From Tubiluchus corallicola (taxonomy: Eukaryota > Animalia > Priapulida), in contig JAQGDQ010000114.1 of NCBI GenBank assembly GCA_030141605.1, positions 124,001-188,000 of the forward strand: 64,000 nucleotides of DNA, read 5' to 3'. The position numbers and the translations under genes are program-made. This document shows positions 46,201 to 58,982 of the stretch, piece by piece. The notes beneath the pieces are model-generated. The model saw only the letters and a list, made by a program, of their open reading frames with translations, searched no databases and was not told the DNA's origin. Positions within the stretch are counted from its first letter, which is position 1; each line of letters opens with the position of its first letter.

Positions 46201-49200
46201 CTCCAAGCAAGTTATCTGGCACTTTAGATAAACAGATGCTGCTCACCAGACTACTAGTTAACCTAGCTAGCCTTAGAACCTCATCTTTACAATGTTCGTT
46301 CCATTTAAAAAATAATATAGTAAACTAATTAATAACGATTTTGATGTAAATAATGAGTTTAGATAATGCCTTTCAATAACACGTCGCATTTTTGAAACTC
46401 TGTCAAAATATGACCAAAATTACAAAAAAAACTATTTTACCTTAATACTTTCAATATAGCATAGATTGATTTCAGTCAAGCCTAGCCTGAGTGGTATAAT
46501 TAACAACAATGGCTTCCAGGAACAGCTTCGTCTAACCATGCTGTAATTTTCTCTTTCCTTTTCTTCTTTAGTTTCAAGAGGACCATTAGAAACACCATGT
46601 ACTCTATGCCGAGGAGCAAGCTTACCAGGTTTTTCCATTTTAGACTTGTTTCCTAAACATAACTGTCCTGAAAGGAAAATAAACCTTTAGTACATAGACA
46701 CCCTCTTAGGCATATCGCACTTGATTATTGAATTTATACCTATGGACATTAAAGGAAAACAGTACACAATTTTAGGCAAAAGCTCAAAATTGGCCATGGT
46801 CTAATGAGTTTAAGGTGAAAATACAGTTTTCTTAACAATGAGTTACATTTAAAAGTATTTTAGAAGCCTAATTTCTTTAGTTTTTCAATATTACACATCC
46901 TGCAGTCATCTGCAGCAACACTATACAATACAGACACTATGAATATGCAGCATATAATCATTTATTGAGCAGGACCCACGCAACAAAAATTCAAAATATT
47001 AATCTATACATAGGATGGAATTGCTCAAACCTAGTAGAAACAGTAATTACAGAAACAACAACAGTAGCAAAATAAAAATTTTATATGTTCAAGAAATTGA
47101 CAAGAGATGATGCCACTCAATATAGTTATCAAACCTACAGCATAATTACAGTACGAAGCATCTTAGTACAAAAAATACAGTATACAGTAAATACAGTATA
47201 ACATGTAAGTTAATGTTACTTGCTATCCTGTTTCTGTTCTCTTTTTTTTACTGATGTAATATAGAAAATTTGTCACTGAACTTCTCGTCTCCACATTGTT
47301 AGACTATTAATAAAGACTACTTACAGGCATATCTGTAAAAGCTCTTCTCTCATTATAATAATCAGGACATATCACACTAAAATGCATTTCATCCTCTACT
47401 CCATTCATCCTGCACATTTTACATATTCTTTGATGAGCAGGTATCTTTGATTTATGATACCTGACCTTCTCAATGTCTAATTTATGAGCACTAATTCTGA
47501 ATACAGTTTATATAGTTGTGTGTTCACTTGGAATGGCTTATTACACATAAGCAAATAATCTTCCAATCAATATACAGTTTTAAAAAGCCTAAAGTTCGGA
47601 ATTTGTTACCCATCATCACTCTTATCCTTATGAATCTTTTTCAAAAAAATAGTCATTATATCTATTATGTACTTTCTCATTAATAAAGTGAAGCAATCTT
47701 CAAGCACCGAATGTACCTTAATTAATCCAAGTATGTTCAAACTCGAGTTTATATATAAAACTGAGCAAGTTCACTTTTATGTTGACAAAATCTGCTTTAA
47801 GAGTATCATAAATAAATGAATTATCAGAGTGGTCAATAACTTATCTATATGATGATGTACATCACTTTCTAAGACACGGTTATGTATACTTAGCTACATC
47901 ACAATGTGATCAATTGTTGAAAGTGTCCCAAGATCCTTATTATATCAACTGTGCTTCCACTCATTCTACACATAAATTCTAAATTTTTCTCAGACATATA
48001 ATATTTGATCAATTTTACCTGACCAGTATTTCTTATTCAAATCACAATCAAGATCATCAGCGATGATGACAAAATTGTGCTGATCAATAATGTCAGACCA
48101 CAATCTAGAACCTGTTAAAACTCATGGTTAATATTGGCACAAAAAATGTCTGTAGGCATTACACCAATTAAATAATAGAATGTAGCAATTCTGTGAGATT
48201 TTCAGTTCAACAGCAGTGACTCTTTCTGAAACACATGTAGCAGCTTTAATGCAACTGTGCATTTTCTTCAGCCATATTATTGCTGTCCAGAAGTAAGGAC
48301 TGCCATGTTTTAACGATGATAGACCAACAGAGTCATATGACACAATTTAAAAATTGGATTAAAAAAATGTTACTGGAAACCATATTAATGGGTTTTAAGG
48401 GATTTAGATTCTGATCTGTCGTAGATTTCATTCTTCTGGGTAACCAATACTGATCACAAAATTCCTCTGGCCAAAACTGGCTGATATACTAAGTTTTTTG
48501 CTCTAGCAGGACTGCAATGTGGTAAGCATTTTTCCTATTTTCAATTCGTACTATACTCCTAACCACAGCTCCTTGTAATTCGATATCCTCCTTGATTTCT
48601 TCTTGCAAATAGCTGCGTTTAAAATAAAAATCTTTACATGAGCTCATTGGGTCAGTCCTTTTTTTTTGATCAACAAGATGGCTGGTAATTTGTCTCACTT
48701 TGTGTTTATTTTTGCATTTTTACTAGAGTTGTTGCCCTTGGCAATTGTTTGCTTGGTTTACTACTGCCTGGCATACGTAGGAGGGGAACATTAGCAACCG
48801 TGTTGCTATGAAAATATTGCTACAATGGGTGCAATGTTTGGCTAATAGTTGCATTACACTTGTAACTATTTGTTATGTCATCATTTTACTGCCGCGGAGT
48901 CATAAAAATTAACAGAAAATTTAGCACAGGTATCTTCGAAATTTCAATGGAACTGTGTGCAGTGTCTTCAATACAAGTGTTCAGTGAGCTTTTGAGTCTT
49001 GGGCTAAATTATCATTTTTTGTAGGGGAAATTTTTGGTAGTCTGTGTACATGAACTCTGACACCATACTTACTTCATCTAAGCTGCATAATGTCAGTTTA
49101 GCTGTTAATGTTAAAGCTGCCTGCCAATTTGAGTTCAGACCCCCGTCGAACTTATACACATTGAATTGGCTCAGAATCAGCTGTCTCATAAGCAATAATG

Positions 49201-52200
49201 TGGCATCGCGAATTCTTCTTTTGAGTAAAATCTACACACCATATTCTTAATCTGAACCTCTTCTGTAGCTGCTTTGTTCATGTAAAGGACACAGTAAGTC
49301 AAGAACATGTGTACTGATTTACGCCTATCATGTTTTATGTGGTGGTAAAGAATATAAGCATTGGTCAGGTCTTTACCTAACTAGTTTGCGGAGTCTGCAA
49401 CACTGGTTTAAATTTGCCAAAAATCATGAAATTTTTTTATATATAGCAAAAATATTATTATTTTTTGTTCAGAACTCTGTTATGCTACAAGTTTTGCAAT
49501 TCAGTTTTTCATGCATACATTGATAAAAATATTAACTATCACGAGATGAAAAACTGCTTTTTCATAGAAACCGACACATCGTGACTAAAGTCACACGACT
49601 ATCAGGCTAATATGGTCGACAGTAGGAGTACAGGCAAATCAAAAAGTAATTACAACATTTAGTAACTATAGCACAACTTCAGCACGGTTGAACTTTTGTT
49701 TTCCAGACAAACAGTAAACACTCTAACATACTGCCATCATGACTATTCCAAAATTTCACACACAGCATATAAACTTGTGAAATGTGTACAACACTTTTAA
49801 AGAACAAAACTCATGAGTGAGTGAAATTTACAATGAAGTTTATCAACTTGATCGAAAAACTAGCAAACCTTTGAGTATTTCAATGTATTTTCCATAACCA
49901 AAACGTAAAGAATAAAGGTTTTTACTTACTGATTTCACTGATGATTACACTATTATCTAATGAAACATGTACAATAAGATTGGAGTCTTCATCAAACACA
50001 GATAGTTTTCTGAAAAAAATGTTATCAGCATTTTTATGTACAACATGTATACATATATCAATAAAATCAATAAACAATTGACAAGAAAATACATAAATTC
50101 TAAGTAAGGAAAACTAAATACTATTACCACAAAATGCAAGATACAGAGGTGTTTTTCTTTTATGAAATTCTCTAGCTAGCATAATAAGAAAAGTGCAAAA
50201 ATGAATTTTAATGTTATTACTGTCTGAGAGAATTACCATTGCATTGGCAACTAAACTATTAAACACGCAACACAGATTAATTATCAGCATTTTGAACACA
50301 AATGTACAACTTACTTGATAGCTTGGGCAACTGTGTTTGGCCCAAACCAGGAACCAATTGCTTTTCCTTCAGTAACACCCATCTGAACTAAATACAGCAT
50401 GAATCAATATAATTAACTTACACCCATAATGTATTTTCACCTTTTTTTCTCTAACTTAACATATAAATGATTTGAATTAAATAGGTAATTATGATTCAAT
50501 TTCATTCAATTGACAGCTGTTATGATACTTGCAGTCATCAATTTGCACCAAGTCATAGTGTTTAAATGACAGAACACCAGTTAGATAAAAAACTTGAAAA
50601 AGCTATTTAACGTTTATTGAAATTAATACTGAAGCATCTACCATGAATGACATTTTAGTGCTTATAACAGCCCAACTCACCAATTTGATGTAATGAATAT
50701 GGTGCAGATTTTTTATCTTCAAACATTTTCAAAATTTTGAGGTATTTAGGATCAGGTTGACTTGCATCATACAGCCAATCTGAAAAAAAGTTTACAACAT
50801 AGAATTTAACAACAAGTGTATTCTATTACAAGTTATAAGAATATTTGTAGAAAAAAAAACCAGTGTCAAAATTATTTTTGATTTTTTACGGCTGAAAGTG
50901 CAATAAAAAATACCAAAAAAGTTAAAGTATACAGAATAGTGTTTAATATCAAACGTGTCAGGATTTGAAAATATGGATCTTAATGTATTTAGACAATTGT
51001 AAAACCTTACTAAAATATTTCCCTTCCATAGCACTCAAATTTTTAGTTACCTCTCCCTAGATGATTACAAATTAGAGCTTCTGCCATCATCATTTGACCA
51101 CATCGTACCATACAACCCCAACCTCGATCACTAGTAAGTGCGGTTCCACCTAAATAATTTTGTACAGAACAAGTTTTGCATCATCACAAAATACGGTAAA
51201 AAACCAATTTGTGACTCAGTGGTCCCAGTTTTCAACAGTTATATTGGCTTACTCATGCTGAGTAGTTAGTGGTCAAAGCACTAGACATATAAACCAAAAG
51301 TCCACCTTTCAAATGTACGCTTACTCTCGTCGACTTTTTCACAATTCTTGCCTTCTTGATTTCATTTGATTTCAAAAAATTCATTATTTACTTGTTTTTC
51401 TATCATTAATCAATAATCTAGATGTTAATATTAATTAATGAACCACCCATGAATCAGCTCAATTCTAAGTTAATTACAAAAATTACCTAATTACTTGGTA
51501 ATTCGTTTAGCATAAGCCAACAAACACTTAGAAACTGCAGATTGGCTTGTGAGCTGTCAGTAATTGAATTAAACTTTACTATGGTCATAAGTAACTGTAG
51601 TCTATTGGCAATCATATTGGACTGTAATTTAAAAGTCCTGGCTATAACCCAGGTCAACTTTCTCATATTTCCTGTTTTTTGCTCAAGTTTGGTTTCAGAA
51701 TTTCAATAATTACAGGCCTGGTCCATTATTGTATCAGTAAGATTATACATAATTAACGTCTCTGGTATAATAGATAAAACAATATAGTAGAGAGTATAAA
51801 AACAGAGTTTCTGCTGATAATAACATCTTAGACATTAAGTAAGGACCAGCAAGTAAGGTGAGATGCACAACATTGCCTTGTCTACAAACAAGAACTAGAG
51901 AGAAAACATACTAATGGGCATGAAATTTCTTCTGTACGTTAGCCATATTCGTGATTTAAAGTTCTTGCGAACGACATCTTTGTCAGCTTCTATAAAACAA
52001 ATAAATACTAACATTCAGCACTTCTTATTTAAACATTTCAGTTTTTGGCAAAATCACAGTGACATCAAGTGATCTTCAGAAAAATCAAACATAGCTTCAA
52101 TAACAACTAAACGAAATGTAGATAAGTGCAGAAAAACATGAGAAATTAAATAAACAAAAATCACATATATGACAGCAAGAAAACTCAACAATGATATCAA

Positions 52201-52329
52201 TATTTAACCTGTCTTAGTGGAAAACTCTCCTCCAAGGAATATTATAGGTTCTTCTGTTGTAGCGAAATCCTCATAATTGTACAAGTCCAGAATGCATCCA
52301 GCCTCGTAAGTGATGCAAGCTTCAAACAT
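43207..52329 (-). CDS. ATG4B: Autophagy cysteine protease ATG4 (ATG4A/B type, peptidase C54), about 415 aa, 12 coding exons
   Basis: Exons 52209-52329, 51912-51989, 51051-51149, 50681-50779, 50315-50387, 49930-50009, 46441-46667, 46009-46087, 45755-45906, 45459-45515, 43853-43973 and 43207-43268 join in frame with GT-AG introns. Motifs: [25 protein letters not shown] (catalytic Cys), [44 protein letters not shown] (catalytic Asp/His), LDPSIALGFFC, and C-terminal LIR DDEFELL*. Confidence 0.94.
43523..43836. repeat. 156-bp tandem duplication in the last ATG4 intron
   Basis: cccgatttataaatgtgtgctg...gaaacaatagtag present twice; the copies read as identical, with cc microhomology at the junction. 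Confidence 0.95.
43853..43973 (-). CDS. ATG4B: ATG4 coding exon 11
   Basis: [40 protein letters not shown]. Confidence 0.85.
45459..45515 (-). CDS. ATG4B: ATG4 coding exon 10
   Basis: [19 protein letters not shown]; donor gtaagt. Confidence 0.93.
45755..45906 (-). CDS. ATG4B: ATG4 coding exon 9 (catalytic Asp/His)
   Basis: [12 protein letters not shown]...[24 protein letters not shown]. Confidence 0.94.
46009..46087 (-). CDS. ATG4B: ATG4 coding exon 8
   Basis: [26 protein letters not shown]. Confidence 0.94.
46441..46667 (-). CDS. ATG4B: ATG4 coding exon 7
   Basis: [14 protein letters not shown]...[27 protein letters not shown]. Confidence 0.92.
47290..49290 (-). mobile_element. Old, internally deleted non-LTR retrotransposon relic (RTEX/CR1-L2-like) in ATG4 intron 6; boundaries approximate
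   Basis: Minus strand 47501-47334 reads [55 protein letters not shown], a C-terminal CCHC domain typical of such LINE ORF2 proteins. Broken endonuclease-like ([19 protein letters not shown]) and ORF1-like fragments lie further upstream. Confidence 0.65.
49930..50009 (-). CDS. ATG4B: ATG4 coding exon 6
   Basis: [26 protein letters not shown]; donor gtaagt. Confidence 0.92.
50315..50387 (-). CDS. ATG4B: ATG4 coding exon 5
   Basis: [23 protein letters not shown]; donor gtaagt. Confidence 0.94.
50681..50779 (-). CDS. ATG4B: ATG4 coding exon 4
   Basis: [32 protein letters not shown]; donor gtgagt. Confidence 0.93.
51051..51149 (-). CDS. ATG4B: ATG4 coding exon 3 (catalytic Cys)
   Basis: [32 protein letters not shown]. 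Confidence 0.95.
51912..51989 (-). CDS. ATG4B: ATG4 coding exon 2
   Basis: [25 protein letters not shown]; donor gtatgt. Confidence 0.92.
52209..52329 (-). CDS. ATG4B: ATG4 coding exon 1
   Basis: [40 protein letters not shown], aligning with the vertebrate ATG4B start MDAATLTYD...EDFPETSEPVWILG. Confidence 0.85.
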
Positions 52330-52587
52330 ATCAAAAGAAAAACTACAGAAAATGTTTATATAATTCTCTCAAAATCGAAATTCATAAACAAAACCCTGAA
52401 GTTTGTTGTCAGTGAGATCTATTAATTCTATTGTAAATGAAACAAAATAATAAAACAGAAAATCAATGAATAAAAGTCACTACAATAAAAAGAGAAAGAC
52501 ATTTCCACATGAATAACATAAAAAAAACTTTCAAATAAACTACAATTTTTTCCCACTTGTGATACAGTAACTAAAAAGTCAACTTAC

Positions 52588-52646
52588 CAAACGTATAGTT
52601 TCCAACTCTTCCTTATACCAATTTAAAAATATAGTTATTGTGAAAT
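52588..52646 (-). other. Putative 5' UTR exon of ATG4 (59 nt)
   Basis: ttttttgctag|ATTTCAC...CGTTTG|gtaagt. Confidence 0.5.
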
Positions 52647-52776
52647 CTAGCAAAAAACTGCATTGAGAAGTTGCAGGCAATGATGACTAAACACTGTATC
52701 TCCACTTCTTTTCATATTAGCTGAATCTCTCTCCCTCTCTTTACATTACATACACATACTCTATATATAGCCTATA

Positions 52777-53192
52777 CTGTAAGTCCTCATTTAACGATGG
52801 CAAATGTGTTCCAGCGAAATGTGTTGTTAAAAAGGGTCATTTTCAGTGTTGTCTTTGCCACAAGAAAATACAAGTGAGGTGAATGCAGCAATTAATTATG
52901 TAACATGAGAATGTTTTATCAACTACAAAAGCTTGGGAAAGCAATGAATCCTCGTGATCTGACTGCCTGCTATCAGTTAAGTTAGACAAATTATTAGCAG
53001 CATAATAACCATACGATGAACTAGGTTAGGTAGTGAGCCTCATTTATAGATTGAGGGGCGCAGTAAACAAGAATTAGTGCTTAAAGCAAGGCTAAAAAAC
53101 TGTAGAGTTAAAATGAAACATGAGAAGTTAAGGCAAAAATGTGTAAAAAATTTGCATCGCTAAGTGGGGCATCATTAAGCGAGGACTTACTG
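52777..53192. mobile_element. pogo/Tigger-like MITE, 416 bp
   Basis: TIRs ctgtaagtcctcatttaacgatg ... catcattaagcgaggacttactg (19/23), flanked by TA on both sides. Confidence 0.82.
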
Positions 53193-53272
53193 TATATATG
53201 AATTATCAGTGCACTTCAATAAGTGCAACAGTACAGAATTTTAGATTCTAACAGATTTAAGTGAAAACTTAC

Positions 53273-53344
53273 TTGGATCAAGTTCTGCCATTTAAACAGT
53301 CATTTAACCTAAATGGTGGCTTGCTATACCAGAGTTCTCAGTCT
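53273..53344 (-). other. Putative 5' UTR exon of ATG4 (72 nt) carrying upstream ATGs
   Basis: aatttttgtag|AGACTGAG...GATCCAA|gtaagt. Confidence 0.55.
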
Positions 53345-54220
53345 CTACAAAAATTAGTTAAAAACAGTTTTAAGATCAGCCCCATTCACTCAGAGTAAAC
53401 CAGTAAAAGAAATTAAAAAAGTGGAAAAATGTTTGGTAGGGAGCAGGGCTTATGAAGCCTACCTTAATGATGAACATAAATTTGAGACACAATAAACTTC
53501 CAAGACTTTTTGTTGCTTACTTATTTATTTAGCTACTAAAATTATCTAGTAGTAAGTACAACACAGGGTCATAAATTTATAGAAATATAAAGATTGAGAA
53601 TATTGTGGTTGTTTAATTTCGCGTTTATAAACTATTTCATGCCAAAAATATAAATCTGGCAATGCTATTTATCCATTTTCTTATTTTGCTAATCAGATAC
53701 AACTTAACTTCAGTCAGTAAGCATACAACCTCGGCTTGAACCTTGATGGCTCAGCTATTCCAAGCCACAAAGTACAAAAGACAGAAGCCATAAGTTTGTA
53801 ATTTGTTTACATAATCAAGTTGTTACATTCAACTAGTAATGGCAGTCTTGGTTGCAGAGGACTAATTCACTAACCTATTAACATTATCACAATACAGATT
53901 ATAAAATTGCTAATTACACTAGCTGAGACTGAATATTATATAAATTTGAATTATACTCTGAGTGGCCTTACATAAGCCTTGGGTTTCTTAGGTCTCCCAT
54001 AAAACATCCATAAATAACATGCCAAATCAAATTCTCTAATAAAAGGAAATCAAAACTACCATTGCTATTTTCTTTGAAGAAGTTATCTTTTGTTACACAT
54101 AAACCTGATTGCTATAATTATTATTGTGAATTGTAATTTATCATAATAAGTTGATTTTATTGATTGAAGTTTCAAAACAAATGCATAAAAAACTTGCCAA
54201 AATATAATGAATAAGACTAA

Positions 54221-54663
54221 GGCCGGCCACAAAAAAATCTTCTTACCTCGTGAGCTCAAAAGATATCAGCAAGGGGTATGGAAAATTTTTTCACAAAATT
54301 TTTTTTAACTTTGTGAACATTTGTGAATCTGAATCATGTAATGTTATAATCTTTTAAAATGTTTTAAATTTTTTTAAGCTTTGTTTTCAGTTTTGCATTA
54401 CTAAATTATCATATAATTATTGACTATTGTATAGTCTCTTTTTATAAAATATGAACGTATTATCTAATAATTATGGTACAAGCAGGAACACTACTCGACC
54501 ATTAATACGATGGTTTGGCGGATAATACTCTACATTTCACCCTCCAATATGATAATCTGCATCATACAAAACGGTAACCCTGGCCCAGGATTGCCACAAA
54601 AAAAGATGGCTGTGTCCTCGCCAAAACAATGAAAACAAAGATGTTATAATAAAATTGCTGGCC
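54221..54663. mobile_element. Possible degenerate MITE with TAA target-site duplication (PIF/Harbinger- or Zator-like)
   Basis: taa|ggccggcca ... ttgctggcc|taa; only short, imperfect TIRs. Confidence 0.35.
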
Positions 54664-55269
54664 TAAAAACACCTATTCGTGGCCAAAAAATAACATCATA
54701 ATTATAATATAAAGTATCAAAACTATAAAGTATTACACTGCTACAAGTTGAAATGACAAAAAACTCATAAAATACGAAAAATACAACCATTGTAGCAAAC
54801 CAGTACGACACTAACCTAAATTGTTCGAAAGGTTTAACAATTTTAACAAAAATAAATAGAATACTGAAGATAAAACATTAGTGGCTTCTTTTCTGTTTCA
54901 TCATTTCTTCTTTCTCTTTCATCACAATAATTTTTATCATTAATAATTTTACATCATTTTCCCTTTACGTTTTCTTGTTATAAATTTACTATTTTGTGTC
55001 ATTACATTTTCGCTTAAAAGGTTAAGGCTTACAGACTATTCTAAATATAGCTCTGAAATATCAATAATCAGATATTAAAATCGTAAATGTAATTACAATA
55101 ATATATTATACTCATTGCTATATCTTGTGAAAATAAAATCTTAATCTTACAACTTAAACTCATCAAATTAACAGCAGCTTCTGAACCAAAACATTGAAAA
55201 CTAAACACCCGTGAAACACCATTCATCAACAAAATTAATTTCTGCTCTCTCTTGCGACTGTAAGACAAC

Positions 55270-55400
55270 GGTGCTCTATACTTTCTGTAACGACCACGAC
55301 GACGTCATTTGTGCATATCAAACCAGATAGAGTGGACACCGCGGAAACAACGAAACAATGAAACAGCGCCAGCTATAGGCAAGGGGTCTATATAGCAAAG
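55270..55400 (-). promoter_or_regulatory. Putative ATG4 promoter / TSS region
   Basis: Local CpG-rich patch at the end of the CpG-poor gene body; CRE-like ATGACGTC on the minus strand (55301-55308); candidate first-exon donor gtaagc at about 55032. Confidence 0.4.
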
Positions 55401-55559
55401 TGCTATAACGAAAGTCCGATTAAGTATGATAGACGTAAAAGCAAACTGTAAGAATTAGTATGGCAATAACCTACAGTGTTCATTGAATGTATCAAATTAA
55501 CTTAAATGAGAAAGTGGAATGTAAGAAGAAGGTATTTTCAAATCACAGATAAAAAGCAG

Positions 55560-55790
55560 CATTGAAAAGATCATGTGTATTGCTTGATTTTGTTCTGCAA
55601 ACAATTCGTTTAAAAATTGTGCTCAGAAACTATGCTCAATTGTGTTGATTGCGTGATACTTCAAATGTTTTAATGACAGAGAACACAGGAGTTCAAGTTC
55701 TGAACTACTTGAATCTATTTTAGGTTCGAATTAAAAAAATAGGTTACGTTCTAATCGAATTCGAACTCAAACATTCGATGCTTTCTCCAC
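55560..55790. mobile_element. Partial copy of the TTCGAA-rich hAT-like MITE
   Basis: Collinear similarity to 56040-56245 (gattttgttctgca...aattgtg.tgattgc.tgat...gaattcgaa...ttcgatgct). Confidence 0.6.
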
Positions 55791-55902
55791 TATTGTCCAA
55801 TGGACAATGGCTAGTGGTTACAGACATAGACAAAGAAAAACGCAATAAGCTATTGGCATAAATATAAATATAATCTTTTCACCAAGCAAAACTGCTACAT
55901 AC

Positions 55903-56250
55903 TAGGGGTGAGCATTCTCTACCAGAAAGCGAAGTGGAATCAAACTAAATTTCAGTATGATTTCCGAGTCCAAATTGAATTCAGTTTTAAAGGCTTTTGA
56001 AAAAATTTCTGCATCACTAATAAAAAGGTGTCTCATAAACGTCATTCATATTACCGATTTTGTTCTGCAGTAAAAACATCACTAATTTGTTTTAAAATTG
56101 GGTGCTGAAATCAGACAAAATTGTGCTGATTGCATGATTCATAAGGAGGAATCAGGTTGAAGTGCTGTTCGAATTATTCGAATTTGTAATTAAAAAGTTC
56201 GTTTGAATTGAATTCGAAATCGACTCCTGAACTTTCGATGCTTATTATTG
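55903..56250. mobile_element. TTCGAA-rich hAT-like MITE, inverted relative to the copy at 59227
   Basis: Starts taggggtgagcattctctaccagaaag, the reverse complement of the end of the 59227-59645 copy; right end degenerate. Confidence 0.7.
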
Positions 56251-56733
56251 CTAACTGCTTGAATCTCGAATAGTAAAGTAACAAAATCTGAAGAAATATG
56301 GTGAAAGACAACAAAAATGATAATCATCCATTTACCACCACTCTTATACATTTGCACGTGAAGGTTGCCAGTGGACTACTGTGCATTAACAAAAAAATTT
56401 AATGCAATGAAATACATCGATCATCATCATGATAGTTATGCTGATTACATTCGTCTATTGCACGCATTGGACAAGCGGATTTCCATAATAAAAGAAATCT
56501 GCTCTCAAGACAGCTAAATACAGTAGTAATTCAAAAATTAGACAATGCTCAGGCAGTGACTTGAAAGTTTTAATAAATGCCATTGTCTACTATTAATGTC
56601 AGACACAGTTAACCTATTCTGATGATGTGATCATACACAGCATTCCTCCTTCTTAAATTTGTTGATGATTATACAGAAAATTGAAGAAGGAAGACAGCAG
56701 CAAATTTTAGTTAAAAGTTAAAACTCTGTTAGA

Positions 56734-58938
56734 TTGAAACTAGATAATGTTAGGTATAATAATGCACAAACCTGCAAATTTGTCGAAGTTGACGAAGGCA
56801 AAGAATCCAAACTGCAAGTTTATCTTGCCAATGTTTTGAGTGATTGTAGACCATCTTGGGATGAAACCAAGGAAATCTTACTCAACAGTGCAGAAGCTGT
56901 GTCCGGTAAACAAGGAAATCGCAACCGAGACTGGTTCAACGAGCTTGAAATCGGTGCACTAGTCAAGGACAAGAAAAACAGGCGTGAGCTCAGAAATCAT
57001 ATCCGACTTATGAAGAATCAGCGGTTCCAGGACCGAGCCAATGAAGTTGAAAGACACACCCAAATGAAGCATTTCCGGGAATTCTACGCTTCTCTCAATG
57101 CCCTTTATGGTCCGACATCGCGTTGTAACCATCCTATCAAATCTATTGTTGGTGACACTCTCAACTCATCCAATGATATCCAGAATCGTTGGATGGAGCA
57201 CTTCAGCACTTTACTGAATCAAACTACCGACGCTGACTTTACTATCTTGGAGGAAATACCTCAGTTACCAGTCATCGACGAGATGGATGGACTAGTCACC
57301 CTCGAGGAACTCAAGTACTCTATTCGCCGTATCAAGCGACGGAAAAGCCCTGGACCTGATGGTGTCCCACCAGAGGTTATCATCCATGGCGGTGCTTCTC
57401 TCCAGAATCATCTTTTGGAGCTCTTCAACGTTATTTGGAGGACTGGTGATATGCCTCGTGACTTTGTCAATGCTAACATCACCATTTTGTTCAAAAAGGG
57501 TGATCGCAGTGATTGCGGTAACTATCGTGGCATTTCCTTGCTCAGTGTTGTTGGAAAGCTTTTTGCAGACATTCTTCTCGTTCGGCTGGACAAGATTTTG
57601 GAGCGTATCTACCCAGAGTCTCAGTCAGGGTATCGACGGGATCGCAGTACCATTGATGGTATTTTTACGATTCGTCAGCTGATGGAGAAAACGAGAGAGC
57701 ATAGAACATCAATGCATATTGCCTTTATCGACTTTACAAAGGCATTTGACAGTGTCAATCGCGAACTGCTGTACAAGGTGCTTTCAAAGTGTGGATGCCC
57801 GGATCGATTTACAAGTATGGTAAAAGCTCTGCACACTGATATGCTAGCGCGTCTCTCTGTCAATGGCCAGCTTAGTGATCCTGTAGAATACAACAGCGGT
57901 GTGAAACAAGGCTGCAAGTTAGCTCCATCTCTTTTCGGACTTTTCGCTGCAGTCCTTTTGCAGGTAGCCTTCGGCAGACTTGGCTCGACGAAGAGCATTC
58001 ATGTTCGATTCAGATATGATGGAGACATTTTTGACCTACGTCGACTCAAAGCAAGGACGAAGACACGAATGATGTTCCTGCGTGAAGCGCAATATGCCGA
58101 TGACATAGCTATCTTCTCTGACAACCCTGAAGACCTTCAGGATCTCATCGACATTTACAATGAAACTGCAAAGAGAATGGGACTGCGCATTAACAAAAGG
58201 AAGACTGAGACAATGAGTGTCGGCTCTAGCGACAGTGTCAATTTTACCATTGACGGAGAATAGCTTGGAAGTGTGCAATGGTTCAAATATCTCGGAAGTT
58301 ACATCTGCTCAGATACTCGATTTGATACTGAGCTTCATGCAAGAATTAATGCTGCAGCCAGCTCTTTCGGCCGTATGAGGAAACGTGTCTTCGATAACCA
58401 TGACCTTACCATCGCCACTAAACTGCAGGTGTACAAGCAATGCATCATTCCGCAGCTTACCTATGGTCAGGAAACGTGGACGCTCTATCAAGATCAGGTC
58501 AGGTCTCTTCGTGCGGTTCAGCAGAGACATCTGCGTCACATCCTTCGTATTCGCTGGGACGACTATGTGCCAAACGAAGACGTGCTGGCTCGTGCCAAGA
58601 TGGAAGATATCGAGGTTACACTTACTAAGGCTCAACTTCGGTGGTTTGGGCATGTGGTCAGAATGAACGATAAGAGACCGACAAAGGCCCTTCTTCATGG
58701 AGAACTAACCAGTGGCTCTCGCAGTGTTGGTCGTCCTCTCCTTCGCTTCAAGGACAGGGTGAAGTTCTCTCTGAGGAAAGGTGGAATGTTGGACAAGCTG
58801 CCTTTCGCAGTTCACGACCGTCCTGCATGGAGATCCCTAGTCAACAACTGTGCCGAAAAACTCGATGAAGAAAGACGGATGCTTGGATATGCAAGAAGGT
58901 TCAAGTCGTGGATAAGAGATGGTTTCATGGACATCTGA
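56734..58938 (+). pseudogene. RTE reverse transcriptase ORF interrupted by a single in-frame TAG (58261-58263)
   Basis: ORFs 56734-58263 and 58273-58938 share one frame: ...NFTIDGE*LGSVQWFKYLGS... Confidence 0.88.
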
Positions 58939-58982
58939 CTCGCACTGATTTAGCCGTATCGGCTTCGACGTTGTACTGTACT
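56822..58982 (+). mobile_element. 5'-truncated RTE-clade (BovB-like) LINE retrotransposon
   Basis: RT ORF with KSPGPDGVPPE, KKGDRSDCGNYRGISLLS, PESQSGYR, FIDFTKAFDSV, GVKQGCKLAPSLF, QYADD, FKYLGS and QLRWFGHVVRM; no endonuclease domain. Short 3' UTR ending in (gtact)-like repeats; candidate TSD actgcaagttt (56811-56821) / actgcaagctt (58983-58993). Confidence 0.92.

Noticed and set aside
58261-58263. Programmed read-through or recoded TAG in the RT
   Set aside because: The copy is 5'-truncated and non-autonomous; a single nonsense mutation is the simpler explanation.
57359-58698. Overlapping alternate-frame and antisense ORFs inside the RTE element
   Set aside because: Shadow ORFs of a GC-richer coding region, with no recognisable motifs.
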